A stretch of 32,000 bases of DNA, from contig NZ_CP026606.1 in assembly GCF_002945325.1 (NCBI RefSeq), forward strand, positions 150,001 to 182,000, given 5' to 3'. Of the stretch, positions 18,032 to 26,177 are shown piece by piece. Numbering within the stretch: the first letter of the stretch is position 1; each line of letters opens with the position of its first letter. Below the pieces are notes generated by a model. That model had not been told where the DNA came from, searched no databases, and saw nothing but the letters and a program-made list of their open reading frames with translations. The translations under genes and the position numbers were made by a program. Source of the stretch: Methanococcus maripaludis (lineage in GTDB: Archaea > AGJL01 > Methanococci > Methanococcales > Methanococcaceae).

Positions 18032-18454
18032 TTATTTAAGATTTTCATTCAAGGTGCACGGACCTAAAGCTTTTATTCTGTCGTAAATTTCGTTCATTTT
18101 AGTCTGGAATTTTTCACCTTCAGAAGCTGAAATCCATTCGTGGAGAACTCTTTCCCTGCCAATTCCAAGTTCGTCAAGCATGTCGTAGAGCATCATGACT
18201 CTTCTTTGCCATTTGTAGTTTCCTGCATCGTAGTGGCAATCTCCAAGGTGGCATCCACCTATAAAAACACCGTCTGCACCTTCTTTAAAAGCTTTTAATA
18301 TAAATGATGGTTCAATCCTTCCTGAACACATCACCCGTATTATTCTTATGCTTGGAGGGTACTGCATTCTACCAACTCCTGCTGTATCTGCACCACCATA
18401 GGTACACCAGTTGCAACAAAAGCCGACTATCTTTGGCTCCCATTCTTCAGACAA
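18032..18454 (-). CDS. vhcD: MvhD/VhcD-type hydrogenase delta subunit (Hdr-interacting 2Fe-2S protein), cysteine type
   Basis: It has [13 protein letters not shown] and [10 protein letters not shown] motifs and is 140 aa. The start is TTG, 4 nt after GAGGTGA. Confidence 0.85.
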   Translation of the reverse strand: MSEEWEPKIVGFCCNWCTYGGADTAGVGRMQYPPSIRIIRVMCSGRIEPSFILKAFKEGADGVFIGGCHLGDCHYDAGNYKWQRRVMMLYDMLDELGIGRERVLHEWISASEGEKFQTKMNEIYDRIKALGPCTLNENLK

Positions 18455-18538
18455 AATTTCACCTCATTGTTATTAGATATTTGGTAAACTAATACCTACA
18501 ATAGTTTATCTAATTGATGTGAGTATAACAATTATTAA

Positions 18539-18546
18539 TATATAAA
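18539..18546 (-). promoter_or_regulatory. TATA box candidate for the vhc operon
   Basis: The plus strand TATATAAA reads TTTATATA on the minus strand, matching the archaeal consensus. It lies about 85-90 nt upstream of the vhcD TTG. Confidence 0.45.
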
Positions 18547-18638
18547 TTAGACAATCTGATGCCAAATAAAAAACTATATATGTTAATAAAAATTTCTAAT
18601 TTATACTTGTTAAATAATATAAAAATAGTATTTAATAA

Positions 18639-18662
18639 TATTTTATAAGATATTTTATAAAA
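18639..18662. repeat. Tandem 12-bp direct repeat TATTTTATAAGA / TATTTTATAAAA near the centre of the vhc-frc intergenic region
   Basis: Read directly; 11 of 12 positions are identical. It is located near the midpoint between the two divergent start codons. Confidence 0.5.
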
Positions 18663-18755
18663 AAGTAGTAATAATTATTTAAAAAGTCGCTTTTTGTTTT
18701 AACATATAACTCTTTTTATTTAATACGATTAACAATTACTTTTAATATCTATCAT

Positions 18756-18764
18756 ATTATATAA
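18756..18764 (+). promoter_or_regulatory. TATA box candidate for the frc operon
   Basis: ATTATATAA lies about 50 nt upstream of the frcA ATG. The AGGTGAT RBS is at 18803-18809. Confidence 0.45.
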
Positions 18765-18812
18765 TGTAGGTAATGAATTATCAAATACCTAATATTAAAG
18801 ATAGGTGATCTG

Positions 18813-20045
18813 ATGGGTAAGACGGTAGAGATAAATCCTACAACAAGACACGAAGGGCATACCAAACTTGTCTTGAAAGTGGATGATGACGGAATTGTTG
18901 AAAAAGGTAACTATTTAAGCGTTACCCCAGTTAGAGGCTTTGAAAAATTTTTAGTTGGAAAAGTGGCAGAATTTGCACCGATTGCAGTTTCAAGATTTTG
19001 TGGAATCTGTCCAATTGCACACGCTACTTCATCAGTAGAGGCTATTGAAGATGCATGTGGGATTACACCTCCAAAAGACGGATTATTATTAAGAGAATTA
19101 ACTGGACTTGGAAATAAAATGCACTCCCACCCATTACACGAGTTTTTAATTGCTCCAGACTTTATACCTGAAGCAGATAGGGTTGAATACATAAAAAGAA
19201 TTCAGGAAATGAGAAAAACTGGCCAATACATTGTTGATACAATAGGTGGAGAAGCAATTCACGCACCAAATATCAAAGTTGGCGGTATGTTAAAAAATAT
19301 TACTGAAAACGCAGCTTCAAAAATATATTACAAATGTAGGGAATACGAAAAATTAGCAAAAGAGCATGTTGAATATTTAATTCCTATTTTTGAAAGTAAT
19401 ATGCTTGCAGATGGAACAGAAATTCCTGAAAAATTAGGTTACCACGATTTTGGATACATTGCAACTGATGCCACATACGGAAACAGGGAAAACATCGACC
19501 AGAGCAAAGTTGTTGAATATACTCCATACGATGTTTATGAAAAAGACGTTGCAGTACAAGCTTGTACTACCATCCCAAGATACAACGGCAGATTAATGGA
19601 AGTTGGACCTAGAGCAAGATTTGCAAAATTCCACGACTTTAAAAACAAAGGTGCTATGGCAATACACATTGCAAGAGCTTATGAAAACGTAGTACACGTA
19701 AAAAGAGCAATGGAAATCATTGATGAATTAGACGTTAATGGAAAAACAAGATCAAATGAACCAATCCTCGGGGACGGTGAAAAAATAGGTCTTGGTGTTC
19801 ATGAAGCTGCGAGAGGCCACAACACCCACCAGGCTGCAATTGACGCAAAAGGAAGAATTACTTATTATAATGCAATTGTTGCTACCACTTGGAATATCCC
19901 GTTAATTGGGAAAGCTACAGAAGGAACACACTACAAATTTGCAGAACACGTTGTAAGAGCATACGATCCATGCGTTTCATGCGCAACTCACGTAATTGCA
20001 ATGGACTACGATAACAAAATCGTTGACAAAAAAATAATACAATAA
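18813..20045 (+). CDS. frcA: F420-reducing [NiFe] hydrogenase alpha (large) subunit, cysteine type
   Basis: It has [10 protein letters not shown] and C-terminal DPCVSCATH motifs with Cys (no in-frame TGA), and is 410 aa. Confidence 0.9.
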   Translation: MGKTVEINPTTRHEGHTKLVLKVDDDGIVEKGNYLSVTPVRGFEKFLVGKVAEFAPIAVSRFCGICPIAHATSSVEAIEDACGITPPKDGLLLRELTGLGNKMHSHPLHEFLIAPDFIPEADRVEYIKRIQEMRKTGQYIVDTIGGEAIHAPNIKVGGMLKNITENAASKIYYKCREYEKLAKEHVEYLIPIFESNMLADGTEIPEKLGYHDFGYIATDATYGNRENIDQSKVVEYTPYDVYEKDVAVQACTTIPRYNGRLMEVGPRARFAKFHDFKNKGAMAIHIARAYENVVHVKRAMEIIDELDVNGKTRSNEPILGDGEKIGLGVHEAARGHNTHQAAIDAKGRITYYNAIVATTWNIPLIGKATEGTHYKFAEHVVRAYDPCVSCATHVIAMDYDNKIVDKKIIQ

Positions 20046-20058
20046 ATACTGGTGAATC

Positions 20059-20559
20059 ATGCCCGAATATTTAGAAAAAGAAGTTTTAGTCCTCGGATGC
20101 GGAAATATCTTGTTTGGGGATGATGGATTTGGATATGCTGTAGTAAATAAATTAAATGAACTAAAAAAAGAACATCATATACTTGAATCCAATAAAATAC
20201 AGATTATTGATGCAGGTACGGGAGCTTCTCACTTTATACTTTCATTAATTGATGAAAAAACTCCATTAAAGAAAATAATAATTGCAGATGTTATCGATTA
20301 TGGATTGACGCCAGGAGAATTGAAAAAATTATATTCAAAAGACCTTCCAGATATCGATAAATATCACATTGATGCCCACGACATGCCGCTTGCAGGGATG
20401 TTAAAGGATATTGAAGATAATTACGGCGTAAAAATCGTTGTTATTGGATGCCAGCAAAAAAATGTGCCTGCACCAGACATTCTTCTCGAACTTTCAGATG
20501 AAGTAAATGCTGCTGTAGATGGCGCTGTTTCATTAATAATAGATGAATTAAACGAATAA
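20059..20559 (+). CDS. frcD: F420-reducing hydrogenase delta subunit / hydrogenase maturation endopeptidase family
   Basis: [17 protein letters not shown] is the signature of HycI/FrhD-type maturation proteases. The position between the alpha and gamma genes also fits. Confidence 0.85.
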   Translation: MPEYLEKEVLVLGCGNILFGDDGFGYAVVNKLNELKKEHHILESNKIQIIDAGTGASHFILSLIDEKTPLKKIIIADVIDYGLTPGELKKLYSKDLPDIDKYHIDAHDMPLAGMLKDIEDNYGVKIVVIGCQQKNVPAPDILLELSDEVNAAVDGAVSLIIDELNE

Positions 20560-20569
20560 TGGTGATATA

Positions 20570-21298
20570 GTGGTAAGAGTTGCCCATATACACATGAGTG
20601 GTTGTACAGGATGTTTAATTTCCCTTACAGACACTTATGAAAAACTTTTAGATATATTGGGAGCTGTTGAGCTAGTTTATGCATTAACACTCGCAGATGA
20701 AAAGACAGAAATTACTGAAACTGACGATAAAATATTAATTGAAAGAAAAATTCCTGAAAACATTGATATTGCACTCGTTGAAGGAAGTGTCTGTTTAGAT
20801 GACCACCACTCAGTTGAAGACATCTTAACGACAAGAAAAAATTCAAAAATTGTTGTAGCACTCGGTGCCTGTGCAGCATCAGGTGGAGTTACTAGATTTG
20901 GAAGAGGGGGCCAGATGTCACAGCCATCACATTCCTCATTCGTTCCAATTGGCGATGTAATTAAAGTAGATTTAGCACTTCCGGGATGCCCGCCATCAAC
21001 AGAATCAATTGTAAACTTAATTATGGCTGCACTAAACGGCGACATGGATTATTTAGAACCATTTGCTGAAATTGCAAAATACGGAAAAGATGCATGCGGA
21101 TGCGATGTAATCAAAAACGTTATAGACCAGTCACTTTGCATGGGTTGCGGAACTTGCGCTGCAGCATGTCAGGTAAAGGCAATCGAAATGATTGAAGGAA
21201 AACCAAACATAATGACTGAATTTTGTATAAAATGCGGTATTTGTGGAGCTCAGTGCCCAAGAGTTAGATTTCCAGAATTAGTTCAAAAAATCGAATAA
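20570..21298 (+). CDS. frcG: F420-reducing hydrogenase gamma (small) subunit
   Basis: It has [10 protein letters not shown] and LPGCPP motifs, plus two C-terminal ferredoxin motifs ([23 protein letters not shown]). The start is GTG, after GGTGAT. Confidence 0.9.
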   Translation: MVRVAHIHMSGCTGCLISLTDTYEKLLDILGAVELVYALTLADEKTEITETDDKILIERKIPENIDIALVEGSVCLDDHHSVEDILTTRKNSKIVVALGACAASGGVTRFGRGGQMSQPSHSSFVPIGDVIKVDLALPGCPPSTESIVNLIMAALNGDMDYLEPFAEIAKYGKDACGCDVIKNVIDQSLCMGCGTCAAACQVKAIEMIEGKPNIMTEFCIKCGICGAQCPRVRFPELVQKIE

Positions 21299-21319
21299 TT
21301 AAGTTTAGAGGTGTTAATT

Positions 21320-22168
21320 ATGGATCCTTTTGGAACATATAAAACAGCTATATCTGCAAGAGCCACAGATAAAGCAATACTTAAAAAATCACAGGATGGA
21401 GGAATAATCTCTGCGTCCTACATCTATGGTTTAGAAAATGGCCTTTTAGATGGTGTAATCGTTGCAAACACTGAAGACGGATTTAAAACCGCTCCAAAAA
21501 TTGCTACAACTCCCGAAGAAGTACTTTCAGCTGCAGGAACTAAATATACAGTTTCACCAAACGTATCTGTGTTAAAAGATGCAGTAAGGGAATACGCACT
21601 TGAAAAAGTTGGAATTGTTGGAACCCCTTGTCAGGTCCGAGCAATTAGAAAATTAATGAAATACCCAATGGGTTTTAGACATACTGATTCAAAAATTGCA
21701 CTTGTTATGGGAATATTCTGTATGGAAAACTTCCCTTACGAAGGTATGAAAGCAATTGTAGAACAGTACGCAGGAATTAGAATGAACGATGTTTTAAAAA
21801 CAGATATCGGAAAAGGTAAATTCTGGGTCTACTCAAAATCTGGCGATGTAAAAGCAGTTCCCCTAAAAGATACGCACATGTACGAACAAAAATCATGCCA
21901 CGTATGTATGGACTACACTGCAGAACTTGCAGATATCTCAACAGGTTCAGTTGGAAGCCCTGACGGATGGAGCACAATCTTTGTTAGAACTGCAAAAGGA
22001 GAAGAGTACTTAAACAAAATGATTGATGCAGGCGCTCTTGAAACAAAACCAATTGAAGACGTAAAACCCGGGCTTGACCTAGTTCAAAAACTTGCCCTCC
22101 AGAAAAAAGAGAAAAACGATAAAGAAATCGTTCACAGAAAAGAAATGGGACTTCCTGTTCCATATTAA
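21320..22168 (+). CDS. frcB: F420-reducing hydrogenase beta subunit (FrhB family, F420/FAD-binding Fe-S protein)
   Basis: FrhB-like sequence is present ([29 protein letters not shown]). ATG 21320 is preceded by GAGGTG; the tracked ORF starts 3 codons earlier at a GTG. Confidence 0.9.
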   Translation: MDPFGTYKTAISARATDKAILKKSQDGGIISASYIYGLENGLLDGVIVANTEDGFKTAPKIATTPEEVLSAAGTKYTVSPNVSVLKDAVREYALEKVGIVGTPCQVRAIRKLMKYPMGFRHTDSKIALVMGIFCMENFPYEGMKAIVEQYAGIRMNDVLKTDIGKGKFWVYSKSGDVKAVPLKDTHMYEQKSCHVCMDYTAELADISTGSVGSPDGWSTIFVRTAKGEEYLNKMIDAGALETKPIEDVKPGLDLVQKLALQKKEKNDKEIVHRKEMGLPVPY

Positions 22169-22320
22169 TCCATTCCTTAATTTTTTGATATTGAGATTTA
22201 CAGGTACATATTAAATTTTTTATCCCTATTTTTTCAAATAAATTTTACAAAAATATCCAAACTTATTTTAAAAATGTTTATTAAATCTTTTTTAATTAAG
22301 TATCAAACGAGGTTTTACAA

Positions 22321-22542
22321 ATGGCAGAAATTACTTTTGAAATAGTTGAACATATCGGAGTACTTTATGAATACCCAAATGGCTGGAAAAAAGAGCTAAA
22401 TCTTGTAAGTTGGAACGAAAATGAACCAAAATACGATATAAGGGACTGGAATCCAGAACATGAAAGAATGAGAAAAGGAATCACCTTAAATCCTGAAGAA
22501 TTAAAAGCTTTGAAAGAAATTTTAAAAGAAATTGAACTTTAA
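22321..22542 (+). CDS. PC4/YdbC-like single-stranded DNA-binding protein (73 aa)
   Basis: GWKKELNLVSWNENEPKYDIRDWNPEHERMRKGITLNPEELKALKEIL matches the conserved core I recall for bacterial YdbC/PC4-like proteins. A GAGGT RBS is present. Confidence 0.7.
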   Translation: MAEITFEIVEHIGVLYEYPNGWKKELNLVSWNENEPKYDIRDWNPEHERMRKGITLNPEELKALKEILKEIEL

Positions 22543-22762
22543 TAACGTATTTTTTTATTTTAAAACCTTTAAACTGTAGTTATTTAAAAAAAATTTCATA
22601 AAAATAACAATATTATTTTAAATTTCAGAAATCGGTTAAAAAAATTATATTTTAGACCAAAATTATATGAATCCCCTAAAAACGTCTGTTTTATTTTGAA
22701 AAATTAAATTGATAATATTAACCCGTTTAAAAAGGAAAATAGTATAAATAATTAGCAATATA

Positions 22763-24760
22763 TTGTTTATCTTAAATATATGGCTAAATGGAGGGATCAT
22801 TATAACAACCCTAAAAAAACTCGTAATGGTAACAATACTACTTTCATGTATTGGGTTTGTTTCGGCAGTGGAACCAGATCCAATAGATTACAATCACATG
22901 AATAATTCTAATTATGATACAGTAAGGAACATAACAAGTCCTGGAATGTATTATTTAACTGAAAATATCTCAAGTACAAATGGAATTATAATTAGTTCTG
23001 ATAACGTAACGTTAGATGGACAGGGTTATTTTTTAAATATTACTGGAGATTACGGGGTAAATTCAACATACCACAACAATATCACCGTTAAAAATGTTAA
23101 AATAACCACAACATCCTATAGCGGGATTTATTTTAAAAACGTAAATTTCCCTACGGTTGAAAACAATACAATAAACACAACATATCTATGTTCCCTATGG
23201 GGGTCTGGATACAACTTTACGGTTGTAAATAATTCGATGTCTTCAGGATTTGGTGGAAATTACGGTTTAGAACAGTTAACTACCTACACAGTAGTAGGAA
23301 ATACGTTAAATGGAAAACCGATTTATTTCTACAAAGATACTGAAAATATTGGGGAAATTCCAAGCGATGCGGCACAGATTATTATATCAAACTGTACAAA
23401 CGGGCAGATTAAAAACCTAACTCTCGATGAAAACGCCGTTGTAATTTATATTGGCGATTCAAGCGAAATTACAGTTGAAAACTGTACAATTAAACCAAAT
23501 ATTTACGAAGAATATGCTCTTTATTTAATAAACTCTGAAAGCTGTAGTATCACAAACAATACTTTTGGTATTTCTGAAAATACTGATTTTGGTGTTATTA
23601 GATCACATTATTCAAACAACATAACAATATCAGGAAATACGTTAAATGAAATGGCCGTAGGTTTCAGATTATACGGCATTACAAACTCAAGCATATTTGA
23701 AAATACTTTTGAAAACATAGCTGGCCCGACAATTGTAGAGGAAGGAAGTGTTTCAGAAGTTTATGTTTACTTAAATAACTTTATAAATTGCCCCATAGTG
23801 CTTGTTACAAATATTACATTTAACAGCCCAACTAATGTTTCATACGCATACAATGGAACAGTATACAGCGGAATTGCTGGAAACTACTGGTCTGACTACA
23901 ACGAAACTAATGCAACCATTAATGATGGAATCTGGAGCATTCCTCATACAATAATGGAATTGGTAAACGATTCATACCCGCTTGTAGAACCAGCCAATCC
24001 TGAAACCAAAGAAGAAACTCCAAATGATGGATTAATCCACTTAACACAGGATGATTTCACAGACAACGAAACAGGATACATTGCAAGTGAATCTGGAACT
24101 TATGTTTTAGATGAAAATATAACTTGCGCTATGGGAATTGGAATAAATGCAAGCAACATTACAATTGACGGTAATGGCTTTTATTTAACAGGAAATGTTT
24201 CAGAACGCAGTGAATACTGGGAAGATACTGGAATATACGCTTTAAGCGGTAATTTTGAAAACATCACCGTTAAAAACGTGGTAATAACCGAATGGTACTA
24301 TGGTATTGCAGTACCCTTGCACTGGGAAGATTATGAAATAACAAACTTTTCTGTTATAAACTGTACATTTTTAAATAATGATTGGATGGGAATTGGCGAA
24401 ATGTACGTATTTGGTGGAGAAATTACCAACAGTACTTTTAAAAATAGTTACTATGGAGTTATGCTGCCATACACGGAAAATATTATAATTACAGGAAATG
24501 AATTCAGTGGAAATGAATATGGATTATATGCGGGAGGAGTAAACAACTGGATTTATTTAAATAAATTTGAAAATAATAGTCAAAATATTGACTTTAGATC
24601 ATTATCTGGAAATTACTTCCATTCCCCAGTTGTAAAATATGAATACAACGGAAAAGTCTACGAAGGAAGAGTTGGAAACTACTACGGTGAAGAACTTGGA
24701 ACTTCAAATGCTGGAATATATGATAAACCTTACGGAATCGAAGCAATGATTAGGAAGTAA
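22763..24760 (+). CDS. Secreted right-handed beta-helix (NosD/CASH-like) protein with two tandem modules, sequon-rich
   Basis: It has a signal peptide (LKKLVMVTILLSCIGFVSA) and repeated NxTxxNN/NITVKNV beta-helix rungs. Each module ends in Y-x-Y-N-G-x-V-Y-x-G-x-x-GNYW/Y. The true start is uncertain (TTG 22763, ATT/ATA near 22799-22804 after GGAGGG, or ATG 22826). Confidence 0.7.
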   Translation: MFILNIWLNGGIIITTLKKLVMVTILLSCIGFVSAVEPDPIDYNHMNNSNYDTVRNITSPGMYYLTENISSTNGIIISSDNVTLDGQGYFLNITGDYGVNSTYHNNITVKNVKITTTSYSGIYFKNVNFPTVENNTINTTYLCSLWGSGYNFTVVNNSMSSGFGGNYGLEQLTTYTVVGNTLNGKPIYFYKDTENIGEIPSDAAQIIISNCTNGQIKNLTLDENAVVIYIGDSSEITVENCTIKPNIYEEYALYLINSESCSITNNTFGISENTDFGVIRSHYSNNITISGNTLNEMAVGFRLYGITNSSIFENTFENIAGPTIVEEGSVSEVYVYLNNFINCPIVLVTNITFNSPTNVSYAYNGTVYSGIAGNYWSDYNETNATINDGIWSIPHTIMELVNDSYPLVEPANPETKEETPNDGLIHLTQDDFTDNETGYIASESGTYVLDENITCAMGIGINASNITIDGNGFYLTGNVSERSEYWEDTGIYALSGNFENITVKNVVITEWYYGIAVPLHWEDYEITNFSVINCTFLNNDWMGIGEMYVFGGEITNSTFKNSYYGVMLPYTENIIITGNEFSGNEYGLYAGGVNNWIYLNKFENNSQNIDFRSLSGNYFHSPVVKYEYNGKVYEGRVGNYYGEELGTSNAGIYDKPYGIEAMIRK

Positions 24761-24776
24761 CTGGAGGTGGTAAAAA

Positions 24777-26027
24777 ATGAAAAGACTTTTGATTTTAGCA
24801 ATAATTGCATTAAGCATGTTAGTTTCAGTGAGTGCGGAAATGGATTATAATAATTCAGATTATTATGGGGTCATAAATGAACCTGGAACATATGTCCTTT
24901 CAGAAGATATAATATCACCTAAATGGGGCGGTATTTTAATAAATACGAGCAATGTGGTTTTGGATGGTGATAACCACCATATTATTTGTAATAATGGTTC
25001 TGAAGAGACATATGGTGTTGATATTTATCCAGATGGCCACCCAATAGAAAACATCACGATAAAAAATGCAGTATTCAAAAACTGGACTAGTGCAATATAC
25101 TCTGATGATGACAGTAAAAATGTAACAATCAGAAACTGTGAATTTGAGAACAATACTTACTTTTTAGATTCGTATGGCATAGAAATATATTTCTACTTAA
25201 ATACAATTCATGAAAACCAGTCTGCTGAATCATACGCTCCATTAGCATCACCAAAACTGGTTTACACTTACGGTGGAACTGAATACACTTACCGGCTTGG
25301 AAACTATTATTACGGCTATGAAGGAACAGATACTGAAGATGAAGGAGTTTACTCTGGAGTTTATGAACTCGATAGTACAACTGACCTTTACGCATTAATT
25401 AAAACTCCTGAAAACTACATAATCACTGAAACGTTATATCCTGAAGTAGATTCTGAATACGGCGGCGCATTAATTGCAGATATTTTCGCATTAACTAATG
25501 ATCCTGAAAATTATGTAATTACCGATGCACCAGTAACAACCACTACAACAAGATCATCTGGTAGTAGTGGTGGAAGAAGCTATGACTCAGATATTTCAGA
25601 TGAAATAGACTCAAAAGTTATTAAAAACTTCGTTTCGAGTGCAGCAGTGATCTTTGGAAATGAAATCGATCAGCAATATGCTGAAGAATTAAGAGAAAGA
25701 ATACAAAACGCAGAAAACTACAAAATTTCTGGAAATGCAGTAATTGTCGGTGGACCGTTATCAAACGGCTTTGCCAGAGAATACAACGATCAGTTTGAAA
25801 TGCCAATTTCAAACGATTACCCTGGAGAAAACAAAGGGGTTATTCAGGTATTAAAAATACAAGATAACTCTGGAAAAATCGTTAAAAGCTACACAATTGT
25901 ATATATTGCAGGTTCCGATAGATTGGGAACACAAGCTGCTTTAGAATACTTTAAAACTTTGGATGAGTTGCCAGAAGGACCAATCATGGTCGAATGGACA
26001 GAAAATGGACATAAAGTTGTTGAATAA
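24777..26027 (+). CDS. Secreted protein: one beta-helix module, a Thr-rich linker and a shared C-terminal domain
   Basis: It has a signal peptide MKRLLILAIIALSMLVSVSA. The module is homologous to those of the upstream gene (GTYVLSEDI...NVVLDGDN...NITIKNAVF...YTYGGTEYTYRLGNYY). A TTTTT linker follows. The C-terminal ~160 aa is homologous to the C-terminus of the 27621-29768 product. A GGAGGTG RBS is present. Confidence 0.7.
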   Translation: MKRLLILAIIALSMLVSVSAEMDYNNSDYYGVINEPGTYVLSEDIISPKWGGILINTSNVVLDGDNHHIICNNGSEETYGVDIYPDGHPIENITIKNAVFKNWTSAIYSDDDSKNVTIRNCEFENNTYFLDSYGIEIYFYLNTIHENQSAESYAPLASPKLVYTYGGTEYTYRLGNYYYGYEGTDTEDEGVYSGVYELDSTTDLYALIKTPENYIITETLYPEVDSEYGGALIADIFALTNDPENYVITDAPVTTTTTRSSGSSGGRSYDSDISDEIDSKVIKNFVSSAAVIFGNEIDQQYAEELRERIQNAENYKISGNAVIVGGPLSNGFAREYNDQFEMPISNDYPGENKGVIQVLKIQDNSGKIVKSYTIVYIAGSDRLGTQAALEYFKTLDELPEGPIMVEWTENGHKVVE

Positions 26028-26177
26028 CTTATTAAAAAAAATAAAATTTCTTTTTTTCTGATTTTTAAATTGAATTTAAAAAAGTAGTATTATTATTTTA
26101 AAAATTTAACAAACTGTGAATTTTTTAAAAATTTTTTAAAATAAAAGTGTTAAAAATAATTACATTTTATTTAGAAA

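Noticed and set aside
18491-18792. AATACCTA octamer present once near each end of the vhc-frc intergenic region
   Set aside because: It is kept only as a note inside the intergenic finding. Two copies of an 8-mer, in direct rather than mirror orientation, could easily be chance in AT-rich DNA.
20677-21045. 122-aa minus-strand ORF inside frcG, and similar antisense ORFs (18911-19192, 21777-21977, 25129-25395, 25621-25812, 28498-28782, 30051-30335, 30719-30919)
   Set aside because: All lie fully within, and antisense to, well-supported genes. They lack RBS motifs and give compositionally odd translations.
11068-22168. Selenocysteine (in-frame TGA) decoding or SECIS elements in the hydrogenase/Hdr/Fwd genes
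   Set aside because: Every ORF is continuous, with Cys codons in the NiFe-ligand and related motifs, and VhcA is unsplit. No TGA-interrupted reading frame is seen, so these are the Cys isoforms. I did not find a convincing SECIS-like hairpin in the 3' regions, but I cannot fold RNA rigorously by eye.
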